From: the human T2T-CHM13v2.0 reference genome, Homo sapiens
Reading direction: 5' to 3' (one strand)
Assembly: GCF_009914755.1 (NCBI RefSeq)
Contig: NC_060932.1
DNA length: 64,000 nt
The notes beneath the pieces were generated by a model. The model did no database searches. It was given only the letters and a program-made list of their open reading frames with translations, and was not told where the DNA came from. Positions 14,976 to 31,868 of this stretch are shown piece by piece (position 1 is the stretch's first letter; each line of letters starts with the position of its first letter). A program made the position numbers and the translations under genes.

Positions 14976-16747
14976 CCGTTCTTTTTTTTTTTTTGTCAGC
15001 TTCTCTTTCTGCCATAAATCAGATGTTGCCAAACCATCTGTTCTCCTTCGTCTTTTCTTCCCTCATTTCTCTATATTCTCTTCTTTTTGGCAGTCTCAGG
15101 CAAATGGCAGAAGGAAGGGTAAATGGAGAATTGCACACTGGCTCTTTAATCCTTCATTTGGAAATAAGACCTTTCGCTGGGCAGAAAAAAAATCAGTCCT
15201 GCCTCTAAGTTCAAGATGGCATGTGCTCTTGAATGTGGCGAGCATCAGGCATCTCTTTCGGAGCCATCTCATACACATCAGCGTCCTCATCTCTTGCCTT
15301 GTCTGGAAGACTTCCAAAAATGTATTTCTCATCCATTAGAAATCTCACAACTGATCATGATTCCCTGTTTAATTTGGCTGCTAGGAAACCCAAAGCCAAA
15401 TTTACTATCCACCTCTAGCATTTTACAGGACCTATGGAATGAAGATTATGTGTTAACCTTATGGATTAAATTTAATTCAATTCTCCTTCATTTTTCCTTT
15501 ATCTAATTCCTCTGTGTTTAAAATTCTGTTATGCATATTTGTATATGCCACTCAAATTATTTTTTAATGCATCATGTAAATAAGTGCATGCATATATATA
15601 TATGTACCAAACATCCATATGATATATTTGGCCCTTAAATTTCATAATAAATACACATGAGAATTTGTCACTGCCCACTGGGAATCTCCACTGGGTTGTC
15701 CTACAGTTGCCTCAAATGCAATATGTTCCAAACAAAACATATCTTTCCCTTGAGTGGTCTTCTTTACTTAAACTCCTCTTTCCACTAATAGCTTAGACAT
15801 GTGAGGAAGATTGCAAAAAAAGATCCTCCACCCCTCCCTGTGTCCACATGTCATTGGTTTATCTTTTGCAATTTCCTAACATCCAGTCAAATGAGTCACT
15901 GCATGCTTTTCAAATATGTCGTGTGCTTCCCCATTACCATAACTTTGCTCATGCTATTTTCTCTGTCTGGAATATCCCCTACCAACTCTCTACCTGTAAG
16001 AATCCTTCTCATTCTTGAAAACCTATCTCAACTGTTTTCTTGTATAATACCCAGCCTCATTAGCCAACAAATAGGAGCATTGTTTCCTTCCAATTTTACT
16101 TATTTCATTTGACTTAGTTGACTTTACACTAACATTTCTCATATACTTTTCTTAGCTTCCTAACATTTAGGGAGCTCCTTGAGGGCAAGGATCGTGCCTT
16201 ACTTTGCTTTGTATTTGCAGCACCCTGCTTTTTCTGGCATAATTTTGAATTGCCTTGAGCCTAAAGTTCATTATAGGTGAATTTTAATACCTATCAAATG
16301 GGAACATGTGTATGCCTGACTCTCCCTCTCCTTCTCGCTCATCCATTGCATCTTTGAGCTCTTTAAGCATGTCCCCCTAACATATTTTAAATCTATCTTC
16401 TCTTCACGATTTCTACTTTCTTGGTTCAGACCCCCATCATCTCTCACATAGATAATTTCAAAATTTCCCTAACCCCTCTTCCTGCCTTCAAAGCTGGTGA
16501 CTGTAAAATGCATATCTCTCCTCTGCTTAAAAACTTTTCAATGGCTTATCAAGGGCAATGAAATGAAGTCCCAGTTTATTTTATGGCATAAGAGGCTCTA
16601 CATAATCTAGCTTGGCTCATTTTTCCTGTCTTAATCTCTCTCAGAATCGACACTTTTTCTGGTCATGCATTCCTTCCCAACCCTAACCAAGAAAATTAGG
16701 ATTGGCCATGTGTTGGGCATTTATTGTTTTTGTCTGCTTATTTCTCA

Positions 16748-17093
<346 letters not shown>

Positions 17094-17854
17094 GAATACT
17101 TCATTTCCTTCCCCAGGACATGGTCCAAGCAGACCCTTTCCTGAGACTTTCTAAATGGAGCTGTGTGAGAAGAGTTCCTTTCTGTTTTGCCTCTGGAGCT
17201 GAAGGTTGAGAACTCAGAGCTGCCCGTGTTCTACCCTGTGAAAATAAAGGCAATCAATTCACAGAGACAAGCAGAAACAAGGCGTCCAGAGCAAGTCCTT
17301 CACATCACCCTGGACACCCTGGCCCTGATTTCCACTCCCTGCCAGGCTTGTTTGTCCAATTCTTCTTTTTGTTCCAAGCACCATCCCAGCAGGCTTAGTT
17401 ACCTGTAAGCATTTGGTTAATCTCTCTTCTCAGCTAGACCGTAGGCTCCCCGAGTGCAGAAACTATGTTTATTTTGGTCTCTGCTGGATCTCCAGCACCT
17501 AAATAAATGTTTATGGTTGACTGCAAGGCAGATCTGTGTGGGGAATGAAGAAGAGTATTAAGACCTCCCAGATGGGCTGCTGGAGGCCTGTCCAAGGTGG
17601 AACTTTGCATGGTGAGAAATGCAATTCAGTAGGAAAACAAAGAACTCCTTCATCCTCCTCTAGATTCTGCAGGCAAGTGATCAGCTCAAGGTAAGATTTT
17701 CTTTCTATTAAGGGTCTGGAACTTCATACTTCCATAATAATGGGCAGACATTATTTTGGATATACTTTCTGATGGGACAATATCATATTATTTATGAGAC
17801 CTCAGTTTAGTTCCTCAGAATCCTTCTTCCCCAATTAGACACAAACTTCTTATG

Positions 17855-18435
17855 AGTGGGTATACGCCCAAGAGAATTGAAAACATGGCCACACAGAAAC
17901 TTGCACACAAATATTCATGGCACCTCCATTCATAATACTTAAAAAGTAAAGCAACTAAAATGTCCATCAACTGATGAATAGATAAATAAAATGGTGTATC
18001 CATATCATGAAATATTTGGCCATAAAAAGGAATGAAGTTTTGATGAATGCTACAACATGGATGAACCTTGAAAACATTATGCTAAGTGAAAGAAACTGGT
18101 CACGAGGGACTACATATTGTATGATTCCATTTTTATAAAATGTCCATCTCTGGTTTCCCTTCAGAATGAATAAATCTTTTGCCTTTTACTAAAATGTCCA
18201 GAATAGGCAAATCCACAGAGGCAGAATATAGATTACTAGTTACTAAGGGCTAAGAGGAAGAGGATGGGGAGAGACTGATAATGGGTATGTAGTTTCTTTT
18301 TGGGCATGAAAATGTTCTGCAATTGGATAGTGGTGACAATTGTACAACCTTGTAAATATACTAACACTTACTGAATTATACACTTTCAAAGGGTGAAGTT
18401 TATGGCATGTGAATTCTACCTCTGTTAAAAAAACA
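17855..18435 (+). mobile_element. L1MB/L1MC-type 3' end
   Basis: ACATGGATGAACCTTGAAAACATTATGCTAAGTGAAAGAA and later old-L1 3' UTR motifs. Confidence 0.7.
18146..18193 (+). pseudogene. U5 snRNA 5' fragment, tailless retropseudogene
   Basis: ATCTCTGGTTTCCCTTCAGAATGAATAAATCTTTTGCCTTTTACTAAA matches the U5 5' half incl. loop 1 GCCTTTTAC; direct repeat TAAAATGTCCA at 18136-18146 and 18190-18200. Confidence 0.85.
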
Positions 18436-19700
18436 ACTTCTTAAGGGTAAAAAACCAAACTTTCTATATTTTATATCTAAATAAATTCTCATATTTCCTA
18501 TTTTTATTTTGTTATCTTGATTTTCTTTTTTTTTTTTTTTTTTTACTCTGCTCCTGTGACAGATTACATTTCCTTTGTTGACCAGAGCTTGATTCTAAGG
18601 TTTTATTTTTGGTCAAGATATTCTGCTGCAGCCTTGCCAAAGTGAAGATGTGTTAGGCCTAGAGAAATTATTTTGGAGGAGAAAACTGGAACGGGGGCTG
18701 ACCGAGTAACCCATAAGCAAGAATAATCAGACACCTTCATTGGAAGGCGTGAAAAGGAGACCCAGAACACCCATTCTCCTTCCCTGGCAAAACTCACAGC
18801 CTCAACTCTATGCTCTGTCTTGGGATCATCAGGCCATGCTCTTTATCCCTGTCTTTCTGACAGCTCCTACAAGAAGGTCCCAACTCCCAAGCTCCATAAT
18901 TCCTTGATTTTGCCTCATCTCCCATCTTCTCATTTGCCAGTGTGTCTTCCAAAATCCATTGATCATTATCAGCAAAATCCTATATAAGGTCAAAACCTTT
19001 TCTCTAGTTTCTCTAGTTTCCTTCACCCTCTTGCTCTAACCAAGACATGGCATTATTGAGGGCCACCAGCATTGAAGGTCACGTGACAGATGATACCACC
19101 CATTACCTCTTCTGGTTCCAGTCTTTACCAGACCCCTGAGTGACTTCCTATTATGTCCTACAGATTCTAGTTCCTGGCCCACTTCCAATCTCTCCATCAC
19201 TACTCCTGAACTAGTTCCTGATGATTTCAATGTCCACATAGGTAAACTTTGCAGTGTCCTTGCTTCTCAGTTCCTTGATCTCCTCGCCTCCAAGGATCTT
19301 ATATCTTGGCTACCCACCACCATGGTTATACCCTAGGTCTTATTATTCTCAATATCTGCACCACCTTCTATAATCTTAATTTTATCCATCTCTCTCTCCC
19401 TGATCACTGTCTTCTTTTTCACTCCTTCTGGTGTTCAATGTCAAAGATTCTCTAGCTCCATCAGGATCCTCAACCCATTGATCTTACCAGCTTCCAACAA
19501 TAGGGACTGGTCAAGTAAACCATGGTCTATCCAGGAACATATAACACTTGCAAGCATTGACTCTGGAGTCAAACAGTTTGGGCTCTCCCACGACTCCCTC
19601 TGTGACCTTGGGCAAACTATTTAACCTTGCTAGGGGTATTTGACCATTATTATATGAGATACTGCAAGGTAACGAGCATGGTGCCACATCTATTTGGGAT

Positions 19701-20023
<323 letters not shown>

Positions 20024-20575
20024 TAATAAAGGAGAATTATTAGTATGTTCAATAAACACTGTATGTTTTGCTCGGTCTCACAACTGTCTGTTTCCTTCCA
20101 GTAATAGCACCCCAACTTTACTTGAGAAACACCTATTTTCCTGGTGCAGGAAAGGGCTAATCTCCAACCCAGCCCCATGAAATGGCAGGTGAACCCCGGC
20201 CTGGTCAGTGGGAGCATTCTAAGCCTTGGAAATAGTGACTGATTCAATGTAAGCCAAGCCAATGGAAATCTACACAGGCACTTTGTGTTAGAACAACTGA
20301 GACAGAGGGGTTCTCTACTGGATGTGGGGCTGGTAGGACATAAGCACGCAGGAAAGTAAGCCCACTTGAGAGCAGCCAACACCAAGAAAAAGGAAGGAAA
20401 GAGTTAAAGGGAGGCTGGTTCTCAGGGGGTTGTCTGAGTCCTTGGGTCCAGCCATGCTTAAAGTCTACCTCTAGACTTTTTAGCTTCATGGGCCAATATA
20501 TTTCCTCAATGGTGCTTGAACCAGTTTGAGTTGGGCTCCTATCTCCCTCAGAGTTCCCACTATTCCATTATTATA

Positions 20576-21135
20576 CAGTTGAATATCCTTTATTTGAGCT
20601 TATTTGAGAAGTCCGAGATCAGAAGTGTAGATTTAAGATTTTTTAAAAGATTTCTAGAATATTTGCATTTATATAATGAGATATCTTGGGTATGAGACCC
20701 AAGTCTAAATACGAAATTTATCTATGTTTCATATACACCTTATACGCATAGCCTGGAGGTAATTTTGCACAATGTTGTATTTAGTTATTTATTTATTTTG
20801 AGACAGGGTCTCGCCCTATCACTCAGGCTGGAGTGCAGTGACACGATCACGGCTTACTGCAGCCTTGACTTCCCAGGCTCAAGCAATCCTCATGCCTCAG
20901 CCTCCTGAGTAGCTAGGTCCATAGGTACATGCCACCTCACCTGGCTAATATTTTTAAAAAAATTTTTATAGTGATGGGTTCTCACTATGTTGCCCAGCCT
21001 TGAACTTCTGGGCTCAAGCAATCCTCCCATCTCAGCCTCCCAAAGTGCTGGGATTACAGGTGTGAGTCACTGCACCTGGCCATAGAATATTTTACATAAT
21101 TTTGTGCACAAAACAAAGTTTGTGTATATTGAACC
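20576..21135 (+). mobile_element. Second Tigger4b-like element, split by an AluJ and 3'-truncated
   Basis: Homologous to 3948-4307 (GAGATATCTTGGG..ACCCAAGTCTAAA; resumes TTTTGTGCACAAAACAAAGTTT). Confidence 0.7.
20783..21081 (-). mobile_element. AluJ-like SINE
   Basis: Reverse Alu with J-type GGCTCAAGCAATCCTC. Confidence 0.85.
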
Positions 21136-21139
21136 CAGG

Positions 21140-21354
21140 CGCCTCCCGGGTTCAAGTGATTCTCCTGCCTCAGCCTCCCAAGTAGCTGGGATTACAGGTG
21201 CCCACCACCACGCCTGGCTAATTTTTGTATTTTTAGTACAGAGGGGGTTTCACCATGTTGGCCAGGCTGGTCTTGAACTCCTGACCTCAAGTGATCCGCC
21301 CGCCTCGGCCTCCCAAAATGTGGGGATTACAGGTGTGAGCCACTGTGCCTGGGC
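21140..21354 (-). mobile_element. AluS fragment lacking tail and part of right arm
   Basis: Begins abruptly at CGCCTCCCGGGTTCAAG. Confidence 0.85.
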
Positions 21355-22662
21355 ATTTGCACAATTTTTTAAAAAGAAGTTTCCCACATGAGAAAACGCA
21401 GCCATTCCTTGCCACACCTGTGATCACAGCATGACATTCCACCTGTCTCAGTTGCCCCTCTCATGATCCTGCAGAGTGTCTGGGACTGGGTGGACCTGTT
21501 CTCCATCTGTTCTGTGGGTTTGTGGCTCCTTGGTGTGCCAGACCTTACAACCCTGCACCAGTTCAAATCACAGAACCACCATTTGCAAGTTTAAACAGTC
21601 CTAGGGCAATTGAGAAGTTCAGAATGGATTAACCATGCCCTCTTGGGAAGGGGGCAGGGAGAGTGATATGTGTACAGAGCTTTCAGAAGGGATTAATCAC
21701 AGCTGTGGGAATTGTGTGGTGGTGGGAAGGGCTATGGGAATATTTACATGCGGTATTATTTTCCAGCTTGTACACAGCACCCTCTTTATTGCTAAGGGTT
21801 TTATGTCATCAATTTCCTAGCAGAGAAAGGTGCTTTTGCCCACATTGTGAGGGTGGAAAAGCTGGGGATCCGGAAATCTTAAGTGACTCATTGAGGGGTG
21901 CACAGCAAGCACTGAGTGGCGATTTAGGGTTCTTGATTCTGTGCCCTGTCTTCATGCCAACTTTTTCTACAAGGGCTGCTGCAGACATGGGCAGGCTGCC
22001 TGGAAGAGAGCAAAGCCTCCCTCTCCTTCTATGAGTGCGTTGTGAAAATTTATGTCAAAATTATTTTCTCCAGGTTTTTACTTTTAGAAACACTCAGCTC
22101 TCTCCTACCGTCTATTACCGCCTATTTGGTGGTAGGAGCCAGAACCATGGTGTGCCTGGCTACCGTCTCTGGCTCCAGATAGGAGTTACTGCTTGGGAAA
22201 CTTGCTATTTTGCATACATGGGATCATTTGCATTTTGGGGTGGCTTAGCTCATCTCCATTCTAGACATCCTCCTCAATCCGCATCTTGTGTACGTGCAAT
22301 GCTGGAGCCTCCTGGACAGTGATCTGGTCTCCATTTGCCATGCAAACCTCCTAGCTTCGAGCTGTGGTCTCATGGCTGGAACACCTTTCTGCACCTTTCT
22401 CTGCCTGTTCATCCTACACTTGTGATGGATAGTTTATCAGTCACTTATAGGGTGCTCACTTGGTGTCAGGTTGCTATTCTAAGACTTTACAAATAATAAC
22501 TCATCTCATCTCACAAGACCCTAATTAGGAAGCTACCATGATTATTATCCCATTTTACAGGTAGAGAAACAGAGGAACAGACACTTGCTCAAGATCCCAG
22601 AGCTAGCAACCACGGAAGGCAGGGTTCAGATCCAGACAGCTGGCTCCAAAATCCATACTCTC

Positions 22663-22959
22663 TTTTTTTTTTTTTTTTTTTTTTTGAGACGGAGTCTTGC
22701 TCTGTCGCTCAGGCTGGAGTGCAGTGGCGCGATATCACTGCAACCTCCACCTCCCGTGTTCAAGCAATTCTCTGCCCCAACCTCCTGAGTAGCTGGGATT
22801 ACAGGTGCCTGCCACCACGCCTGGCTAATTTTTGTATTTTTAGTAGAGATGGGGTTTCACCATCTTGGCCAGGCTTGTCTTGAACTGCTGACCTCATGAT
22901 CCACCTGCCTTGGCCTCCCAAAGTGCTGGGATTACAGGTGTGAGCCACCACACCTGGCC
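22663..22959 (-). mobile_element. AluS SINE
   Basis: Reverse Alu, near-TSD ACTC(T/A)CTTTT. Confidence 0.9.
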
Positions 22960-24225
22960 ACTCACTTTTTAATAGGGTTTTTTTTTTTCTTGTTAAGTTC
23001 TTTTTAGGTTCTGGATTAGTCCTTTGTCAGATGCATACTTTGCAAATATTTTCTCCCATTCTGTAGGTTGTCTGTTTACTCTATTCATGGTTTCTTTTTC
23101 CATGCAGAAGTGCTTTAGTTTAATTAGGTCCAAATCGTCAATTTCTGTTTTTGTGCCATTTGCTTTTGAGGACTTAGTCACACGTGTTTCACCTACACCA
23201 ATGTCCAGGAGAGTATTTCCTAGGTTTTCTTCTAGGATTTTTGTAGTTTGAGGTCTTACATTTAAATCTTTAGTCCATCTTGAGTCAATATTTGTATATG
23301 GTGAGAGGTAGGGATCCAGTTTCATTCTTCTGCATATGGTTAGCCAGCTTTCCCAGCACCATTTATTGAATAGGGTATCCTTTCCTCATTGTCTATTTTT
23401 GTTGACTTTGTTGAAGACCAGTTAGTTGCATGTGTGCAGCTTTATTTCTGGGCTCTCTATTCTTTTCCATTGGTCTATGTGTCTATTTTTGTACTAATAC
23501 CATGTTGTTTTGGTTACTGTAGCCTTGTAGTATAGTTTGAAGTCAGGCAGTGTGATGCCTCCAGCTTTATTCTTTTTGCTTAGGATTGCCTTGACTATTT
23601 AAGCTCTTTTGTGTTTCCATATGAATTTTTGAATAGTTTTTCTAGTTCTGTGAAAAATGACATTGGTAATTTGTTAGGAATAGTGTTGACTGTAGATTGC
23701 TTTGGGCGATGTGGACATTTTAAAGATATTGATTCTTTTAACTCATGAGCGTGGAATGCTTTTCCATTTGTTTGTGTCATCTATGATTTCTTTCAGCAGT
23801 GTTTCGTAGTTGTCCTTGTTAAGATCTTTCATCTCCTTGGTTAGGTGTATTCCTAGGTTTGTTTTATTTTTTTTTTGCAGCTATTATAAATGGGATTGCA
23901 TTCTTGATTTGGTTCTTGGATTGAACCTTATTGGTGTATGGAAATGCAACTGATAATTAACTGTACATTGATTTTGTATTCTGAAACTTTGCTAAATTAC
24001 TTTATCAGGTCTAGGAGTCTTTTGGCAGAACCTTTAGGGTTTTCTAGGTATAGAATCATATTGTCAGTAAACAGAGATAATTTGACTTTCTCTTTTTTTA
24101 TTTGGATACCTTTTATTTCTTTCTCTTGCCTGATTGCTCTGGCTAGGACTTCCAGTACTATGTTGAACAGAAGTGGTGAGATTGAATATCTTTGTTTTGT
24201 TCCAGTTCTTAGGGGGAATGCTTTC

Positions 24226-26070
<1,845 letters not shown>

Positions 26071-26768
26071 GGGGAATGCTTTCAACTTTTGCCCATTCAG
26101 TATGATGTTGGCTGTGAGTTTGTCCTACATGGTTCTTATTATTTTCAGATATGTTCTTTTGATGTTCTTTTGATAGTTTGTTGAGGGTTTTCATCATGAA
26201 AGGATGTTGGATTTTATCAAATGCTTCTATGTCTATTGAGATAATCACATGGTTTTGTTTTTAATTCTGTTCATGTAGTGAGTCATATTTATTGATTTGT
26301 GTATGTTGAACCATCCTTGTATCCCAGGAATAAAGCCCACTTGATTGTAGTGAATTAACTTTTTGATGTGTTGCTGGATTTGGTTTGCTAGTGTTTTGCT
26401 AAGGACAAAATCCACGTTCTTCAACACCACCCTGCTTTGCTCCTCCCCTACTCATCCTTTTTGTCTCTTGCCCTGTGAGGATGCTCCCCTGATACGTATT
26501 TTGGAAATCATCCTGTTTCTGCGGTGTGCTCTCAGAGCACTATCCTGGCCCCACTAGGATTTCTTTGTCTAGTGGTGGGATATGAATAGTCTTGGCCCCC
26601 CACCATGTGGGAGTTCTGTACAGACTGATATTTAAAGTGTTCATCTTTATGTCCACAGCATTCTCACTTCTGGATCCTCGCCTGGTGTTTTAAACACTGG
26701 GGATGTGAAATCTATGTCAGCAAAAATGAACTGAAATCTAATGAATTAGAAGACTCCATAATGAATAA

Positions 26769-27188
<420 letters not shown>

Positions 27189-28331
27189 TTCTTCTGATCT
27201 TATAGACATTTCATAGCTTGAGAGAATCATTTAAGAGGAAAGGAAGCAATGAAATGTACACGGATCACAGCAGCTCCATGTCTCACCAGTTCTGTGACTT
27301 TGGGAAAACCACTTGAGCTTCCCGAATCTTGGTTTCCTCAGCCATAAAATGGGATCATAATCATACTTAGCTACCTTATTGGGGAGAATTAAATGAGATA
27401 CTACACGTAGAGCAGCTGGTCCAGGGCATGGTTGATGGTGAAAGCTGCATAAGTGTGATTGCTGTTATTGTCTCTAAGGCCCTGCTAGCAGGATGAGAAG
27501 AAAGAAAATGAGACTGACAAATCTCTAATGTATGCTTCTTAATGCCTAGAAAAAGGTAGAAGAGTAAAAGGTTAGCCAGACTGATCAAAATGAGACATAA
27601 AGTAATAATGAATTTTTTTCCCATGTAGTCTTCAGTTCCTACTTAAACAAATACATTTATTTTATATAAATATCTGCAGCAGTGCAATTTCCTGAAAGAA
27701 TCAATTGCCGTAATTCAACTGAACCCATATTTACTCATTCAACACACAATTATTAAGTACCTACTGTATGCCGGTCCCTGTCCTCAAGGAACTCACAGTC
27801 TAATGTGAGGGATAGACTTGTAAGTGGATAACTCAAAATAAGAGTTGATTCCAATGATTTGCTTTTTCAATGATTACAGAATTTACAGGAATGTAGAAAA
27901 GGGGATAGATCAAAGGAAAGTTTTATATGGGCAGTAAGATATGAGCTGGGCCTTAAAGCAGGGGTATGTCACTCAGAGCTCTTGGTGGCAAGCAACAGAA
28001 AGCTTCTCTCTGGCTAGTTTAAACAAAAAAGGTGAATGTGTGGGAAGGGGATCAGAAATGCCAGAAGGCAGAAATGACCAGATTTGGAAAATGGGCAGAA
28101 CCAAGAGCCATGGAAAATGAATACAAATCCAAGCAGAGAGAGGCAGAAAGAAGAGGCCTATTCATCCTCACTGCTGCCTAAATGTCCTTGTATCACTCTC
28201 TAAAAACCAAAGTCCTACAACAGAGTGAATGACAGGTTGAGCAAAGTCAGACAACCAGATGCTGGGTGAGCGAGGGTGGGGATAGAAGGATCTTGCCTTT
28301 GACTTCTTTAGTGAACTCAGGATGGGCCACT

Positions 28332-28705
28332 TTTCTTAGTCCATTGGGACTGCTATAACTAAATACTGTAAACTGGAAAGCTTATAAAAAAACCAGAAAT
28401 CTAATTTTCATTGTTCTGAAGGCTGGGCAGTCCTAGATCAAGGCAGCAGTATAGTAGATTTGATGTCTGGTGAGGGCATCCTTTCTGGTTCATAGATGAT
28501 GACTTCTCACTGTGTCCTTACATGGCGGAAGAAGCAAGGACCCTCTCTAGGGCCTCTCTGATGAGGGCACTAGTCCTGTTCATGAGGGTTCCACCCTTGT
28601 AACCTAATCATTTACCAGAGGCTCCACCTCCTCATACCATCACATTGGGGGTTAGGATTTCAACGCGTGAATTTGGGGGGAGATGCAAGCATTCGGACTG
28701 CATCA
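28332..28705 (-). mobile_element. MLT1A-like MaLR solo LTR
   Basis: TCTTAGTCCATTGGGACTGCTATAAC..GATTTCAAC..GAATTTGGGGG motifs. Confidence 0.7.
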
Positions 28706-31261
28706 CTCCTTTCTATCAGAATCAAAGACATGGGGAAGTCCCTGAGGGGAGATCAGCATTCTAATAGGAGGGAAATGATGTTGGGCACCAGACAGCAAAA
28801 AAAAGACAAAGATCCTTCATAGGTAGGTAGGATTTCAATAGTAGGCAGCTGGAAGGAAAAGCATGCCAGGGATGGAACAGAATCTGTAAAGGGGGAGGAG
28901 AAGAAAAGTTTGGGGTTGTAGCCAGAATGGTGGTGTAATGCAGAGAGAAGTGCTATTGAAAAACAGACGTAGGCAGGCTGGGCCCAGATCACAGAGGGTC
29001 TTATAGAGGCCACAGTAAGAAGTCTGAGCCCTAGTCTATAGCCAAGACCAGCCAGGAAGTTCTTTAAGAAAGTAAATAGTCAGGTCTGCAAGGGAAAACT
29101 AGACTCTGGAGCTGTGTTTTGAACCTGTTTTCTCCGCATGCTCACAAGGGTGCTGGCTGAACAGTAACAATAGCAGTGAAAACTTCAGGGGTATCACTTT
29201 AAAGAAAATGAAGCAGCTCTGTCTGTGGAAGACATTTCATTGCCCCTGAAAGATTGGCTTCAGCACCACAGCCTGAGTCTGAGGGCCCTGCAGGAGCTCA
29301 GGGACAGAGGCCGGGACTCCGAGCAGGACTGGAACTCATTGAGATCAGCTTCACAGGGAAGAAAATCTCTTAAATTGCTTCATTTGCCACTGGATTCACA
29401 TATCCTTGTTAGTCAAGATGCAATGAGACTGAGTAACTGTCCAGGTCTCCCTTGGATAAAATCTGGGGTAGTGTTTCACCTGCCCAATATCCATTTGTGG
29501 TAACAGCCCCTCAATATTTTTATTTTGAAGCTTGTCTACCCATTGGATCATGAATCCATGAATTTTTAGAAAGTGTTGACCCTATATTCTGGCTTCTGGA
29601 AAAGTGGGGAGATGACCTGTACCTAGGTTTGGCCAATATGAGTACTCCATCCTCTACCTACCATAGTGATGGGTTCAGAAATGGACAGGTGGCCCCAGGC
29701 AGTCCAGAATGTCAGCTCTGGGATTCTGCTGGGGCCATTGGGAAGTGCTGGGGGGAGTGCTTCTGCATGGTTGCCAAGTGGGTACAAGGTAAAACAGGAG
29801 CTGTGCTGGCCACTCTGGTCACCTAATTGGGAGACCCGGCCTCACAATGAAGCCAGCGCAGAGAAACGGGGTGCTGAGAGGGAGAGACACACGGAGTCCC
29901 GGGTCCAGCCCCATCTGGCCTAGATTTCCTAGGGATCCGTTTTTAGTTTCTAGAGCCAATACATTCTCTCTCTCTCCCCTTCTCACTCTCACTCTTGCTC
30001 TGTTTTGCTTAGGCCACTTTGAGTTGTTTTTGTTACTCACAACTAAAGGTATCCTAATTCATAAAATCCAGTGGGGTCCAGTGCAGTGAAAGAGACGGGC
30101 TTGAGGCCTGGGCAGGCTCAGTGTGGTGTCTGCTAAGGGAAGTCCGAGGCACCGGGGCCAAAGACAGAATCTGGTTCTACTGGGCTCCCGATTCCAACTG
30201 ATTTAGATGGTTTTGACCGTGTCTCCATTTGGCTGGAGGGTTTGGAGTGTCTGATCACTTTTTTTCTTAATATGTTGATGGATTTTGGTGGGTTATCTCT
30301 CCCTGCCATATTTTCTTTATGAACATGGAGAACTCAATTTTTTAACTCAGAGGACAAATTAAAAAGAGTGGAGAGTCAGGCCACACAGGGGAAGATATTT
30401 TGGGGAATGAGGCCACTTTCCCAATGCTTCTCAATTCATAGCATTTGGGAGACCACCCTCTTAATCTTCATTCTGGTCAGAAGTTCAGAATGGTGGCTCA
30501 AGGACCAGAACTGGACTCCAGGTGTATTCTGTTTAGCTTGCAGAGTATTGCCATTTTTTAAAGTCACTAATGTTTAAAAATCAAGAGATTTCATCTATAT
30601 TTCTGAGTTCTTCTGAAAAAAAAAAAAAAAAAAAAAAAAAAAGGAAGTTCTGTCTACATGAGAGCCATTTTCCTACTGGTAGCTCCAGCTTGAGTTGGGC
30701 AGCTGCTGCTAGACAGGTGTAAGCGCCGCCACCCGCCACAGGTGTGAGCACTCTCGCCTGCTTCATTCATGTAGGTCATCTTCACGACACGTAAGCACAT
30801 GATTCACTGGAAATGTTTCAAATCCCTCTGGACATGTAGACGTGGCTGAACAGTTGTTTGTGGGTTTATGCCACTACTATGGATAAAATAATTCCCTTGT
30901 GCTATGAATAGAAAATTCAAAATCCCTTGGGGTTCATCTTATAACACGCACACTAATAAACCCCTTTGGGTTGGAAGAAAAGTGGTTAGGTCCATGAGGA
31001 GAAGAACTAGGAGCAAACTTGGTGCTCTTTCCTGTTTTGGTTGATTTAATCCTACACCAAGAGTATAGACCCCTGGATCCACAGTGCCTGAGTTAGCAAC
31101 CCACCTCTGCCAGTTATTGTCTATGTGCTCTTGGTCAAGTTCATTAAATTTACTGTGACTCAGTGTTCTTATCTGTATGAAGCACTATATTCTCTTCATC
31201 TATAAAATGTAGTAAATTCTCGTCTTGTAGGATTATTGTGAGGATTAAGTTAGTTAATACA

Positions 31262-31416
31262 AATTAGCAAAGTGTGGTAGCACATGCCTGGGAAGCTGAG
31301 GCAGGAGGATTCCTTGAGCCCAGTAGGTCGAGGCTGCAGTGAGCCGTGATTGCGCCACTGCTCTCCAGCCTGTGTGACGGAGCGAGACATCGTCTCTAAG
31401 AAAAGGAAAAAAAAAT
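31262..31416 (+). mobile_element. Alu right-monomer fragment (AluJ/FRAM-like)
   Basis: Single Alu arm with A-rich tail. Confidence 0.75.
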
Positions 31417-31557
31417 CAGTTAATACACTTATAACAATGCCTTGCACACAGTTAATACTCAATAAGTGTTAAACTCTATGTATATACTATGTAATGTTTA
31501 CATAATTATTTGTAAGTTACATATACATTTATAATGCCATATTTATAGAAATATTGT

Positions 31558-31868
<311 letters not shown>

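Noticed and set aside
17625-17697. Possible lncRNA exon ending at strong donor AAG-GTAAGA
   Set aside because: A splice motif alone cannot establish an exon without transcript data
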